A stretch of 64,000 bases of DNA from the NCBI GenBank assembly GCA_963925675.1, contig CAWUSW010000034.1, positions 2,895 through 66,894 of the forward strand, written 5' to 3'. This DNA comes from an uncultured Pseudomonadales bacterium (GTDB taxonomy: Bacteria > Pseudomonadota > Gammaproteobacteria > Pseudomonadales > Pseudohongiellaceae). Shown here piece after piece: positions 8,465-17,023 of the stretch (positions are counted from its first letter, which is position 1; every line of letters starts with the position of its first letter). A program made the translations under genes and the position numbers. The notes beneath the pieces were generated by a model. The model was given only the letters and a program-made list of their open reading frames with translations, did not search any database and was not told where the DNA came from.

Positions 8465-10254
8465 TGCCGCTTCTGAGCCCTGAAATAATTGAAAATTTTC
8501 ATTTTCTAAGACCCTTGTTCCTTTATGCTCTGATTCCCACGGTGATCATTGTTTGCCTGCTACTTTTTGTACAAAGCAACCGCAGCACCTGGACGCGTGC
8601 CATTGATCCCGCACTGTTACCTTTTCTTCTGGACAAAAATAGCTCACCACGCCGGACCTATCCCTTGTTTGGCTTGCTGCTGCTATGGACTTTGGGACTT
8701 ATCGCTCTTGCCGGACCCGTGTGGGAACAAATTCCTGTCCCGGTTCAGGAACGTGAAGATGCTCTGGTTATTGTAGCTGACATGTCACTTTCCATGTATG
8801 CCAACGATGTCGCCCCCAATCGGGCAATTCGAGCGCAACGTAAAATAGTTGATGTTCTCAATACACGACGTGATGAAGGTCAGACAGCGCTTGTGGTCTA
8901 TGCTGGTGACGCACATGCAGTAACTCCTCTTACCGATGATGTGGAAACCATCAATAACCTGGCGTCTTCTCTGGAACCGAACATTATGCCGGTACGGGGC
9001 AGTAAACCTGAATCCGCAATTGCGCTGGCATTAACCCTGCTGGAAAACAGTTCTCTGCCTCAGGCGCAGATTTTATTGATGACCGACGGCATCAATGCTG
9101 ACGACATAGGCGCAATTAGAAATCAATTGCGCGGCACATTGCATACCTTATCGGTCCTCGGCATTGGCACTGATCAAGGAGCCCCTATCCCCATGGCTGA
9201 AGGCGGCTTTCTCAGGGATAGCACCAACGCTATTGTTATACCGCGCCTGGAACGCTCACTGTTGCAGGAGCTTGCTACGGCTACCGGTGGGCGCTATGCA
9301 GATGCCCAGTTAATCGACCAGGATATTGAATACCTGCTGGATCAAAGCGTATTTGATGAAAATGACAAGCTGATCGATGTAGAGCGGGAATTTGATATCT
9401 GGTATGAAGCAGGCCCCTGGTTATTGCTGCTGGTCTTACCCTTGGCTGCCCTGACCTTTCGTCGCGGCTGGTTGTTGGGTCTGTGTCTGGCAGTAATATT
9501 TTTACCGGAAAAAAATGCCTACGCCTGGGAGTTAAAGGATTTATGGATCAAAAAGGATATTCAGGCTACTGAAGCATTTGAGGGAGAAAACTATGAACAG
9601 GCAGCAAGCCTGTTTGAAAGTGAACCCTGGCGAGCTGTTGCAAATTACCGCACCGGAAATTTTGAAAATGCTGTGGCTGATCTGAGTCTCCTCGAAGATG
9701 CGCAATCGCATTATAATCGCGGGAATTCATTGGCACGCCTGAACCGCTATGCGGAGGCCATTGCTGCTTATGACCAGACTTTGGCATTGCTTCCGGACAA
9801 TGAAGATGCTCAGTTTAATAAAGAGCTGCTGGAAAAAATCATGGAAGAACAAGAGCAGGAGCAGCAGGAACAACAGCAAAATAGTGACGGTGAAAACCAG
9901 GACGAGCAGCAGCAAGGCGAACAACAGGAAAGTGAGGAGCAACAACAAAGCCAGGATCAGTCTGAGCAATCGGAGCAGGAACAAGAGCAAAACCAGCAGG
10001 AAAATCAGGAACAACAGGAATCCGATGAGCAAACAGAAAACGAGTCGGAAACCGAAGAGTCTCCTGAACCACAAGATGGAGAACAACCCGATTCCGAAGA
10101 AGAACAGGCTATGCAACAATGGTTACGACGTATCCCTGACGACCCTGGTGAATTGTTGAGAAGAAAGTTCCAGTACCAGGCTGCACGACGCAGATTCGAA
10201 GAAATTCAGAACCCCAATCTGGCTGAACAGGAAGAAAACGAACAGATATGGTAA
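8464..10254 (+). CDS. vWA + TPR domain protein (BatB-like) with Q/E-rich tail
   Basis: MIDAS ADMSLSM, LMTDGIN, TPR repeats (YNRGNSLARLNRYAEAIAAYDQTL), about 90 aa of Q/E low complexity, and the conserved WLRRIPDDPGELLRRKF end. 1-nt TGATG overlap with BatA. Confidence 0.85.
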   Translation: MPLLSPEIIENFHFLRPLFLYALIPTVIIVCLLLFVQSNRSTWTRAIDPALLPFLLDKNSSPRRTYPLFGLLLLWTLGLIALAGPVWEQIPVPVQEREDALVIVADMSLSMYANDVAPNRAIRAQRKIVDVLNTRRDEGQTALVVYAGDAHAVTPLTDDVETINNLASSLEPNIMPVRGSKPESAIALALTLLENSSLPQAQILLMTDGINADDIGAIRNQLRGTLHTLSVLGIGTDQGAPIPMAEGGFLRDSTNAIVIPRLERSLLQELATATGGRYADAQLIDQDIEYLLDQSVFDENDKLIDVEREFDIWYEAGPWLLLLVLPLAALTFRRGWLLGLCLAVIFLPEKNAYAWELKDLWIKKDIQATEAFEGENYEQAASLFESEPWRAVANYRTGNFENAVADLSLLEDAQSHYNRGNSLARLNRYAEAIAAYDQTLALLPDNEDAQFNKELLEKIMEEQEQEQQEQQQNSDGENQDEQQQGEQQESEEQQQSQDQSEQSEQEQEQNQQENQEQQESDEQTENESETEESPEPQDGEQPDSEEEQAMQQWLRRIPDDPGELLRRKFQYQAARRRFEEIQNPNLAEQEENEQIW

Positions 10255-12017
10255 AGCGAATAATATTTATACTAAGCCTGCTATGTCTGGCCCTGCCTGC
10301 GCAGAGTCAAACACAAGCACAGCTTTTAAGTGCCTTTGTCGATAGAAACGAGATTACTCTCAGTGAAATCCTTACCCTGACTATCAGGGTGGACAATTCT
10401 CTGGGTAATACCCGCCCTTCCCTGGCCGGTCTGAATCGGGATTTTGAGCAAATCGGGAATGTCAGTACGCGCAGCTCCTATAGCAATATCAATGGCACGG
10501 TGCAGTCATTTGTTGACTACATTGTGCAGGTACGCCCACGTTCTACTGGCACCCTGACAATTCCCTCCTTTCGCATCAGCAGCGAAGTCACTAGCCCTAT
10601 CACCATTTCTGTAGGCGAAGCTGAGCAGCTCAGTAATGCCGGCAATGATGAAATATTCATTTTTTCCGAGGTAAGTAAGGAACGTGTTTATGTACAGGAA
10701 CAGCTGCTGTACACAATTAAACTCTATTATTCCATCAGCTTTGATCAGGGGGCCCAGCTTACATCGCCACAAGTTACTGATTCTGTCGTGCAACAGTTGG
10801 GTAGCGATGAAACCTACTCGGAAATAGTGGAAGGTGTACGTTATAACGTCACCGAAAGAAATTTTGTAATCTTCCCTCAAAGCAGTGGCGAGTTAACCAT
10901 TCCGCCAGTCTACTTCACAGCAACTGTCGGACGCCGTGGTGGTCTTACCCGTTTCTTTAACAATCGCACCAGTGTGCGTGAAATAAATCTCTCCAGTAAT
11001 ACTCATTTAATTGAGGTGCAGGGAAAACCAGCCAGCTTCCCCGGGCAGACCTGGTTGCCAGCAAGCAATATCAGCATTATTGAAAGCTGGAGCGGTCCGC
11101 TTGAAAACTTGTCTATAGGCGAATCTGTCACCCGCAATATCCAGATTGCAGCCACTGGTCTGAGCAGTTCTTTGCTTCCCGGGATTAGCTATGATGATGC
11201 GCCGGGGCTTAAGTTTTATCCCGATCAACCAGAAAGAGAAGATTCTGCCGATGAACTGGGAGTAACAGGATCACGCACTGAAGGCACCGCGATAGTCCCC
11301 TCTGAAGCAGGCGATTTTGTCATTCCCGAACTGGTCATCCCATGGTGGAACACCACGAATGACTCATTGGAACGTGCCATTATCCCCGCCAGAACAATTA
11401 CTGTACTGCCTGGAGCAATGGCCAACATTTCTCAGCCGGGCTCCTTCCCGGCTATCCCTTTGAATGGGCAGAATACTCCGAACACCAATACGCAGACCAG
11501 CACACAAAATTCTGGTCTTACCTTATTCTGGATATCAGCAACCGCCGTTTTTGCCGTGGCCTGGTTTTTCTCCACGACTATGTGGATGAGGAACAGACGT
11601 CAGCTCGCTTTTATGACAACAGCAACACCGGCGATGATGCCGCAACAGCGCAGTGCACAAACACCTACCGTGTCACCTGATGCCGGTGCGGCATTGAAGG
11701 TGTTTAGAACATCTGTTGAAAAAGGAAATGCAGATAAAATCAGACGTTGCCTCATTGCATGGGCAGACGCTTTTTACCAGGATGAAAAAATCCTTTCACT
11801 TTCCCAGTTGAGTCAACATGTTGGTGATACAGAATTTGATGCGCTTCTTCTAAGCCTGGAGCAATCTCTTTACAGTGTCGAAAATGATAGTGGGAAAAAT
11901 ACTAAAGGGTTCAACAAAAATGACTTGTTGCAGTTTGTTAATCTGATCCATCAAGAAGGTAGGCATAACAAGAAATCAAAAAAAGACTATAGCCTGCCTC
12001 CACTGTATAAAAACTAG
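10248..12017 (+). CDS. BatD-family (oxygen-tolerance type) protein
   Basis: Signal peptide, repeated Ig-like BatD segments (TLTIPSFRISS..., GELTIPPVYF..., GDFVIPELVIPWW), and a late TM helix. 7-nt overlap with BatB. Confidence 0.8.
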   Translation: MVKRIIFILSLLCLALPAQSQTQAQLLSAFVDRNEITLSEILTLTIRVDNSLGNTRPSLAGLNRDFEQIGNVSTRSSYSNINGTVQSFVDYIVQVRPRSTGTLTIPSFRISSEVTSPITISVGEAEQLSNAGNDEIFIFSEVSKERVYVQEQLLYTIKLYYSISFDQGAQLTSPQVTDSVVQQLGSDETYSEIVEGVRYNVTERNFVIFPQSSGELTIPPVYFTATVGRRGGLTRFFNNRTSVREINLSSNTHLIEVQGKPASFPGQTWLPASNISIIESWSGPLENLSIGESVTRNIQIAATGLSSSLLPGISYDDAPGLKFYPDQPEREDSADELGVTGSRTEGTAIVPSEAGDFVIPELVIPWWNTTNDSLERAIIPARTITVLPGAMANISQPGSFPAIPLNGQNTPNTNTQTSTQNSGLTLFWISATAVFAVAWFFSTTMWMRNRRQLAFMTTATPAMMPQQRSAQTPTVSPDAGAALKVFRTSVEKGNADKIRRCLIAWADAFYQDEKILSLSQLSQHVGDTEFDALLLSLEQSLYSVENDSGKNTKGFNKNDLLQFVNLIHQEGRHNKKSKKDYSLPPLYKN

Positions 12018-12020
12018 AGA

Positions 12021-12071
12021 AGAGACTTCTAAATACCAATAAAACTTAATCAGTCTCTTAACTCAGAGACT
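12021..12071 (+). promoter_or_regulatory. three-arm 7-mer element giving two mutually exclusive hairpins upstream of gdhA
   Basis: AGAGACT at 12021-12027, AGTCTCT at 12052-12058, AGAGACT at 12065-12071. The middle arm can pair with either flank. Confidence 0.35.
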
Positions 12072-12096
12072 TTCAGGTAATGAAAGGCCAAAAAAT

Positions 12097-13440
12097 ATGA
12101 ATGCTGAAGAGAACATGATTCCATTTATGAAAGGCCTGAAGCGACGCAATCGCGGCGAAAAGGAATTTCATCAGGCAGTGCATGAAGTGGTGACTGACAT
12201 TATCCCTTTCATCAAGAAACATCCCAAATATCAAAACGCTTTATTACTGGAGCGGCTTTCCGAGCCTGACCGCGTTATCAGCTTTAGGGTTTGCTGGGTG
12301 GATGACCAGGGCAATATAAGAGCCAATCGCGGTCATCGTGTGCAAAACAATAATGCCATTGGGCCCTACAAAGGCGGCCTGCGGTTTCACTCCAGCGTCA
12401 ATCTCAGTATTCTGAAATTTCTGGCCTTCGAACAAACTTTTAAAAACTCTCTCACCGGCCTGCCTATGGGCGGTGCAAAAGGTGGCTCTGACTTTAATCC
12501 GAAAGGAAAGTCAGATGCTGAAGTCATGCGATTTTGTCAGTCTTTCGTTACTGAACTTGGACGCTATATCGGCCCCGACATTGACGTGCCCGCCGGTGAC
12601 ATAGGCGTAGGTGCAAGAGAGATTGGCTATATGTTTGGTCAGCTTAAACGCCTGACCAACAAGTTCAGCGGCACTCTTACCGGTAAAGGTCTCGAATACG
12701 GTGGCAGCCTGATCAGAAATGAAGCGACTGGTTATGGGGCTGTGTACATGCTTGATGACATGCTCAAGCATCACAAACAGAGCATAGAAGGCAAACAAAT
12801 TCTCATTTCCGGTTCTGGTAATGTAGCGATTTATGCTGCAGAAAAGGCTATTCAGCTGGGTGGCAAAGTCATCACAATGTCAGACTCTTCCGGTTATATT
12901 TATGACAAGGAAGGTATCAATGCAGAAAAACTTGCAATGATTAAAGACCTGAAGGTGATTCGCCGTGGGCGTATCTCTGAGTACCTTAACACCTACGATG
13001 CCGAGTTTATTGCAGATAAACGTCCCTGGCATGTGAAAGCTGACATTGCTTTACCTTGTGCGACCCAAAATGAGATTTCAGAAGACGATGCCAAAATGCT
13101 GGTCAAAAATGGTTGCATAGCCATTGTTGAAGGCGCAAATATGCCAACAGTTAAAGAAGGTATCGAGATCTTTCAGAATAATAAAGTTTTGTTTGCGCCA
13201 AGCAAAGCGGCAAACGCTGGTGGTGTAGCAGTGTCAGGATTGGAAATGAGTCAGAACTCAGCACGCCTGAGCTGGTCAGAAGCCGAGTTACAGCAACATT
13301 TGAAAAAAATTATGCACGAAATTCATTTAAAATGTGTCGCTCACGGCACTGAGAAAGAGTATGTCAACTATTCCAGAGGAGCCAATATTGCAGGATTTAT
13401 TAAAGTCGCTGACGCTATGCTGGCTTATGGGGTTGTTTAG
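12097..13440 (+). CDS. gdhA: NADP-specific glutamate dehydrogenase
   Basis: 447 aa with the GLPMGGAKGGSDFNPKG catalytic Lys region and GSGNVA Rossmann motif. Full-length hexameric GDH. Confidence 0.93.
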   Translation: MNAEENMIPFMKGLKRRNRGEKEFHQAVHEVVTDIIPFIKKHPKYQNALLLERLSEPDRVISFRVCWVDDQGNIRANRGHRVQNNNAIGPYKGGLRFHSSVNLSILKFLAFEQTFKNSLTGLPMGGAKGGSDFNPKGKSDAEVMRFCQSFVTELGRYIGPDIDVPAGDIGVGAREIGYMFGQLKRLTNKFSGTLTGKGLEYGGSLIRNEATGYGAVYMLDDMLKHHKQSIEGKQILISGSGNVAIYAAEKAIQLGGKVITMSDSSGYIYDKEGINAEKLAMIKDLKVIRRGRISEYLNTYDAEFIADKRPWHVKADIALPCATQNEISEDDAKMLVKNGCIAIVEGANMPTVKEGIEIFQNNKVLFAPSKAANAGGVAVSGLEMSQNSARLSWSEAELQQHLKKIMHEIHLKCVAHGTEKEYVNYSRGANIAGFIKVADAMLAYGVV

Positions 13441-13470
13441 AAAAGCACAGTAAATATTTAACAACGATTT

Positions 13471-13501
13471 AAAAAAAGCCCGGATTAACCGGGCTTTTTT
13501 A
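13471..13501. terminator. bidirectional rho-independent terminator (gdhA / ibpA)
   Basis: aaaaaaa-GCCCGG-attaa-CCGGGC-ttttttatt. A perfect 6-bp GC stem flanked by an A-run and a T-run, between convergent genes. Confidence 0.85.
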
Positions 13502-13502
13502 T

Positions 13503-13958
13503 TCAGGCTGATTTTAAAAGTCGATTACTTTGACTATTAATGGCTATTTGCCGTGGCTTCATGGCTTCAGGAATTTCTCTTTCAAGCTCAATATGTAGCA
13601 GACCATTTTCCAGAGTAGCACTAGTGACCTTGACGTGATCAGCAAGTTTAAACTGGCGTCTGAAATTTCTTTCTGCGATGCCGCGATGCAGGAAATTCTG
13701 CTCTGACTCAGAACTGTCTTCGTTTTTATTTGAGGATACTGTCAGTGTGTTATTGTCAATTTCTATGGTGATGTCCTCATCAACAAAACCAGCTACAGCC
13801 ATAGTAATGCGATATTCGTCATCTTTAACCAATTCAATATTATAAGGGGGATAGCCGGAAGCCGTTCTTTCGTTAGTCGTCACCTTATCCAGTAATGAAC
13901 CCAAATTATCAAAGCCAATGGCTGAACGATACAGGGGTGAAAAATCAAATGTTGTCAT
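13503..13958 (-). CDS. ibpA: small heat shock protein (Hsp20/IbpA family)
   Basis: MTTFDFSPLYRSAIGFDNL... GYPPYNIE ... GIAERNF ... ENGLLHIELERE is IbpA-like. Start set to ATG 13956-13958, with GAGGA 8 nt upstream. The track TTG start at 13982 lies inside the 5' UTR hairpin. Confidence 0.9.
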   Translation of the reverse strand: MTTFDFSPLYRSAIGFDNLGSLLDKVTTNERTASGYPPYNIELVKDDEYRITMAVAGFVDEDITIEIDNNTLTVSSNKNEDSSESEQNFLHRGIAERNFRRQFKLADHVKVTSATLENGLLHIELEREIPEAMKPRQIAINSQSNRLLKSA

Positions 13959-13961
13959 GCG

Positions 13962-13986
13962 TATATCCTCGCTTTCAAGCAATATA
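13962..13986 (-). promoter_or_regulatory. ROSE-like RNA thermometer hairpin masking the ibpA Shine-Dalgarno
   Basis: The minus strand reads UAUAUUGCUUG-AAAG-CGAGGAUAUA. That gives a 10-bp stem with a single bulged G in UUGCU opposite AGGA. The stem ends 3 nt before the AUG. Confidence 0.6.
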
Positions 13987-14072
13987 GTTGGTGGTTACCT
14001 GTTCAGTTGAACCAGGCGAATAGCTGAATGTTGCCAGCCTTACGACGCTCACATGAGCCTTCGTATTAACTA

Positions 14073-14101
14073 TGTATGGGCCTGAGAAATTAATTCAAGG
14101 G
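14073..14101 (-). promoter_or_regulatory. sigma32-type heat-shock promoter of ibpA
   Basis: The minus strand reads CCCTTGAA-N13-CCCATACA (consensus CCCTTGAA-N13/14-CCCCATNT). It sits about 110 nt upstream of the ibpA ATG. Confidence 0.65.
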
Positions 14102-14129
14102 ACGAACTGGAACAATTGATTGAGCTAAA

Positions 14130-14405
14130 TCAATTTTGTAATAGATTATTGCGTCTGCGGATATACACCAGGAAGGTACACAATGGTAAAAAGTAAGGAG
14201 CTTTAACCATCAAACGTCCCAGCCAGTGATAGAAAGTTACGTCGGAGGGTTCCAACAATAATCCTGCGTACCACACTGGCCAGGTACACAATAAAAAACC
14301 AAGAGCGACAATAAGTCTTGGTTTTTTATCTTGCCTGGCTGAGGTCAGAAAAATACCGGTATGCAGCAACAAACAAAGAATTATTATAGGTAACTGTACT
14401 TGCAT
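14130..14405 (-). CDS. small hypothetical membrane protein (about 3 TM helices)
   Basis: 91 aa, hydrophobic segments IIILCLLLHTGIFL, LIVALGFLLCTWPVWYAGLLL and YFLPLCTFLVYI. I recognise no family. Confidence 0.45.
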   Translation of the reverse strand: MQVQLPIIILCLLLHTGIFLTSARQDKKPRLIVALGFLLCTWPVWYAGLLLEPSDVTFYHWLGRLMVKAPYFLPLCTFLVYIRRRNNLLQN

Positions 14406-14582
14406 GGTTAATCCAATATTCCTGGAAATTTTCTATAAATATTCACAATGTTGAAAACAGTAAAAACATTGTTTGAAAATCTAAAACTCGCCCGGCCAGC
14501 ACTTATAGATAGCGCTTACTTCTTTGATTTCCATTTCTTGAAATTGCCGTATCATCCTTAATTACTAACGCACTATTAAACT

Positions 14583-14631
14583 TTTAAGTTCTAAGTTCTA
14601 AGTTTTAAGTTCTAAGCTATAAGCTCTAAAC
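14583..14631 (+). repeat. tandem heptanucleotide array, 7 x (YHTAAGY)
   Basis: tttaagt tctaagt tctaagt tttaagt tctaagc tataagc tctaaac. Its last units overlap the stop codon (14626-14628) and last codons of the DUF1653 gene. Confidence 0.85.
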
Positions 14632-14880
14632 TCCGTTCTCAGCTCCTGCATTCTCTTCCTGCTGTAATGAAAACCTTGCTGTTGTTTTGCCATCAACGAT
14701 AACGCCCTCTTTGAACATTGCAAGTGGTCTGACCCAGTAGCTACGTTCAGCTTCGTTGCCATACAATGGAAAATACAAAACCAGATCTTCTTCCGTTTCA
14801 GTATGCCTGGCAGAGCCAATGACCTGGTAATCACTGCCTTTATAATGACGATAGCGCCCTGGTGTTATCAATGACTTCAT
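14626..14880 (-). CDS. DUF1653 domain protein
   Basis: GRYRHYKGSDYQVIGSARHTETEEDLVLYFPLYG...YWVRPLAMF matches the DUF1653 signature. Confidence 0.75.
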   Translation of the reverse strand: MKSLITPGRYRHYKGSDYQVIGSARHTETEEDLVLYFPLYGNEAERSYWVRPLAMFKEGVIVDGKTTARFSLQQEENAGAENGV

Positions 14881-14920
14881 GTAATTTCCTGCTTGTTTAT
14901 TGGCGCTTATGCCAGATGTG

Positions 14921-17023
14921 TTAATTGATTACTCTAAATTTTCGAACGGCCATTTTCAGTGCATTTAGTTGCTCTTCATATTTGCTCATATTGATATCTC
15001 GGAAAGCAAGATCCATATATAGAGTCGTGATAGTTGAAACATCATCAGACCATTGTGGTTGTAATGCCGCTATTCTTTCACTGTAATGGCTTGGCGTTTC
15101 GCCAGCTTGACGGCTTATTCCATTATCCGCCAGGAATTTACAAAACTTAAGATACAGGGCGTTTTCAGGCGCTTGAGGTTTTTCTGCAGGTTTGCGCAAA
15201 ACAATGAATGCCACCACACCTATCGCTAGAAAAAACATGCCTAACAAAGAATAAATTATTTTTACTTTAGATACCCTTTCGAACAAACGACTGAACAATG
15301 CAAACTGTTGGCCCGCGTCATAATTCAGGACAAAGCGGTTCCAGGCATAATCAATCATTTCCATTCGCAGTATAAGATCATTGACCAGTGAACTGCTGCT
15401 GCGAAGATTCAGCAAGGAAAACACTTCATCATCCAGAAAACCTTCATCTTCCTGTAAAGTAGACTGACTACCAAATTCGATACGCCCTGGAGCTACAGCA
15501 AAAGTTGGATCGAAATGTACCCAGCCTTCTCCCTCCAGCCACACCTCTGTCCAGGCATGAGCATCATACTGACGCACAATGAGTGTCTCGTTATATTTAT
15601 TAAATTCACCGCCTTGATAACCAAGTACTACCCTGGATGGTATACCTACTGAACGCATCAGAAAGGTAAAGGCGCTGGAATAATGTTCACAAAATCCTTC
15701 ATGGGTATTAAACAGAAAATCATCTATTGGGTTTTCTCCAAGAAGGCTGGGGCTCAAGGTGTAATAAAATTCTTCGTTTCTGATGTAATCCAGCACGGCA
15801 TTAACATATTCTCTATCAGAGCCCACTTGTGCACGAAGCTGCCGTGCAAAAGCATGGCTTTGCGGATTACCCACGTCAGGAAGAATCGTAGTGTTTTCTC
15901 TCATTCGTGACGATATAGTAAGGTCAACTTTATGCTCAAGATAGGATTCTGCTTCATAGGAGAAGCGCTGTGAGATGGGGCGTACGGTACCTACCTGGAA
16001 TTCCCGGCGCATCCATAATCGTTCATCAACAATCTCGGGAACCATTAAGGTGTAAATCCAGTTTTGCTGTGTGGGTTCCATAATGACGTTATAGGAAACC
16101 GGATTACCCGCATGCTGTATTTCCTGAAACCAGGGATTAAATTGTTGTCTGTTAGGCCCAAGATCCTGCAAGCCCTGGAAGCCACGGTAGCTTCCCCTTC
16201 CGTTCTGCCTGCTCCACTCACGCCCATCAAACTGATCAAGGGTAATACCACGCCAGTACAAGTCTCTATACGCGGGTATGCTGGCGGTAAACTGTACTGT
16301 AAAAGCAACCTCTCCTGAGCGGGTAAGGTCTCCTATGTCACCTGGTGACATTTGGTCAGAGAGCCCCGTTACTCCTGATGTACTCTGAAATGGCACTGAC
16401 CACAAAGGGCCAATGCGTGGAAACAACAGGAACAACAGTGACATTAACGGGATACTTTGCAGGAGCACCTGGGTAGACAATTTCAGCGTGCGCATGGGAC
16501 GCTGAAACTCTTCAGTCTGGGTTATGGACATCAGTGCCGAGGTGATAACTACTACGCAAACAGACATATACAAAGCAACTGGAATGGATTGCGAATATAT
16601 AAACTCGGCTAATACTGAAAAATAACAAAGATATATCACCAACAGTACATCCCGTTTCTTTTTCATCTCAAGTAGTTTCAAGGCAATGCCAACAATTAAT
16701 ACACCGACGATGGCATCAGTGGAAAAAATATCTCTGCCGTATTGGACAATGATGGCAACAAGCACAAGAAAGACTATGGTGGTTTTTATTTTGGAACCCG
16801 GATAAGACACTTTTCCCTGAGATATCAGCACACTAATGCTGATACAAAAAATACACAAAGCGGTCAGCCAGATCGGCATTCTGAGAATATGAGGAATGGT
16901 TACCAGGACCAGCGAGAGTAGAATCCAGATCAATGCTGTTCTGGGCATGCGGAAAATATCACCCCCTGAATGCACATCAATATTGGGTTTTCTCATGAAC
17001 CATGCCAGGACCTTCTGGATCAT
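14921..17023 (-). CDS. transglutaminase-domain membrane protein (TgpA-like: DUF3488 + transglutaminase core + DUF4129-like tail)
   Basis: Six or so N-terminal TM helices. Cys-His-Asp core: GFCEHYSSAF ... YDAHAWTEVW ... WVHFDPT. A late TM helix. ATGA overlap with the upstream DUF58 gene. Confidence 0.85.
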   Translation of the reverse strand: MIQKVLAWFMRKPNIDVHSGGDIFRMPRTALIWILLSLVLVTIPHILRMPIWLTALCIFCISISVLISQGKVSYPGSKIKTTIVFLVLVAIIVQYGRDIFSTDAIVGVLIVGIALKLLEMKKKRDVLLVIYLCYFSVLAEFIYSQSIPVALYMSVCVVVITSALMSITQTEEFQRPMRTLKLSTQVLLQSIPLMSLLFLLFPRIGPLWSVPFQSTSGVTGLSDQMSPGDIGDLTRSGEVAFTVQFTASIPAYRDLYWRGITLDQFDGREWSRQNGRGSYRGFQGLQDLGPNRQQFNPWFQEIQHAGNPVSYNVIMEPTQQNWIYTLMVPEIVDERLWMRREFQVGTVRPISQRFSYEAESYLEHKVDLTISSRMRENTTILPDVGNPQSHAFARQLRAQVGSDREYVNAVLDYIRNEEFYYTLSPSLLGENPIDDFLFNTHEGFCEHYSSAFTFLMRSVGIPSRVVLGYQGGEFNKYNETLIVRQYDAHAWTEVWLEGEGWVHFDPTFAVAPGRIEFGSQSTLQEDEGFLDDEVFSLLNLRSSSSLVNDLILRMEMIDYAWNRFVLNYDAGQQFALFSRLFERVSKVKIIYSLLGMFFLAIGVVAFIVLRKPAEKPQAPENALYLKFCKFLADNGISRQAGETPSHYSERIAALQPQWSDDVSTITTLYMDLAFRDINMSKYEEQLNALKMAVRKFRVIN

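Noticed and set aside
9727-10159. Leu-rich (130 aa), Lys/Arg/Ser-rich (136 aa) and 77-aa ORFs over the BatB tail
   Set aside because: These are alternative-frame readings of the CAG/GAA-type low-complexity DNA that encodes the Q/E spacer. Their compositional bias is an artefact of the repeat.
13971-13977. CTTGAAA 16 nt upstream of the ibpA ATG as a sigma32 -35 box
   Set aside because: It is too close to the start codon to leave room for a -10, a TSS and an SD. It forms part of the thermometer hairpin loop/stem instead. A properly spaced sigma32 promoter exists at 14073-14101.
14022-14036. TGGCA-...-GC sigma54-like element in the ibpA leader (minus strand TGGCAACATTCAGCT)
   Set aside because: The GG-to-GC spacing is 9 nt rather than the required 10, and the -12 region lacks TTGC. 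No enhancer-binding protein gene is nearby.
14583-14631. Heptamer arrays (also 2316-2454 and 51583-51610) as CRISPR or as a protein-coding repeat
   Set aside because: The 7-bp period has no spacers and no cas genes. The units are far too short for CRISPR, and two of the three loci are non-coding.
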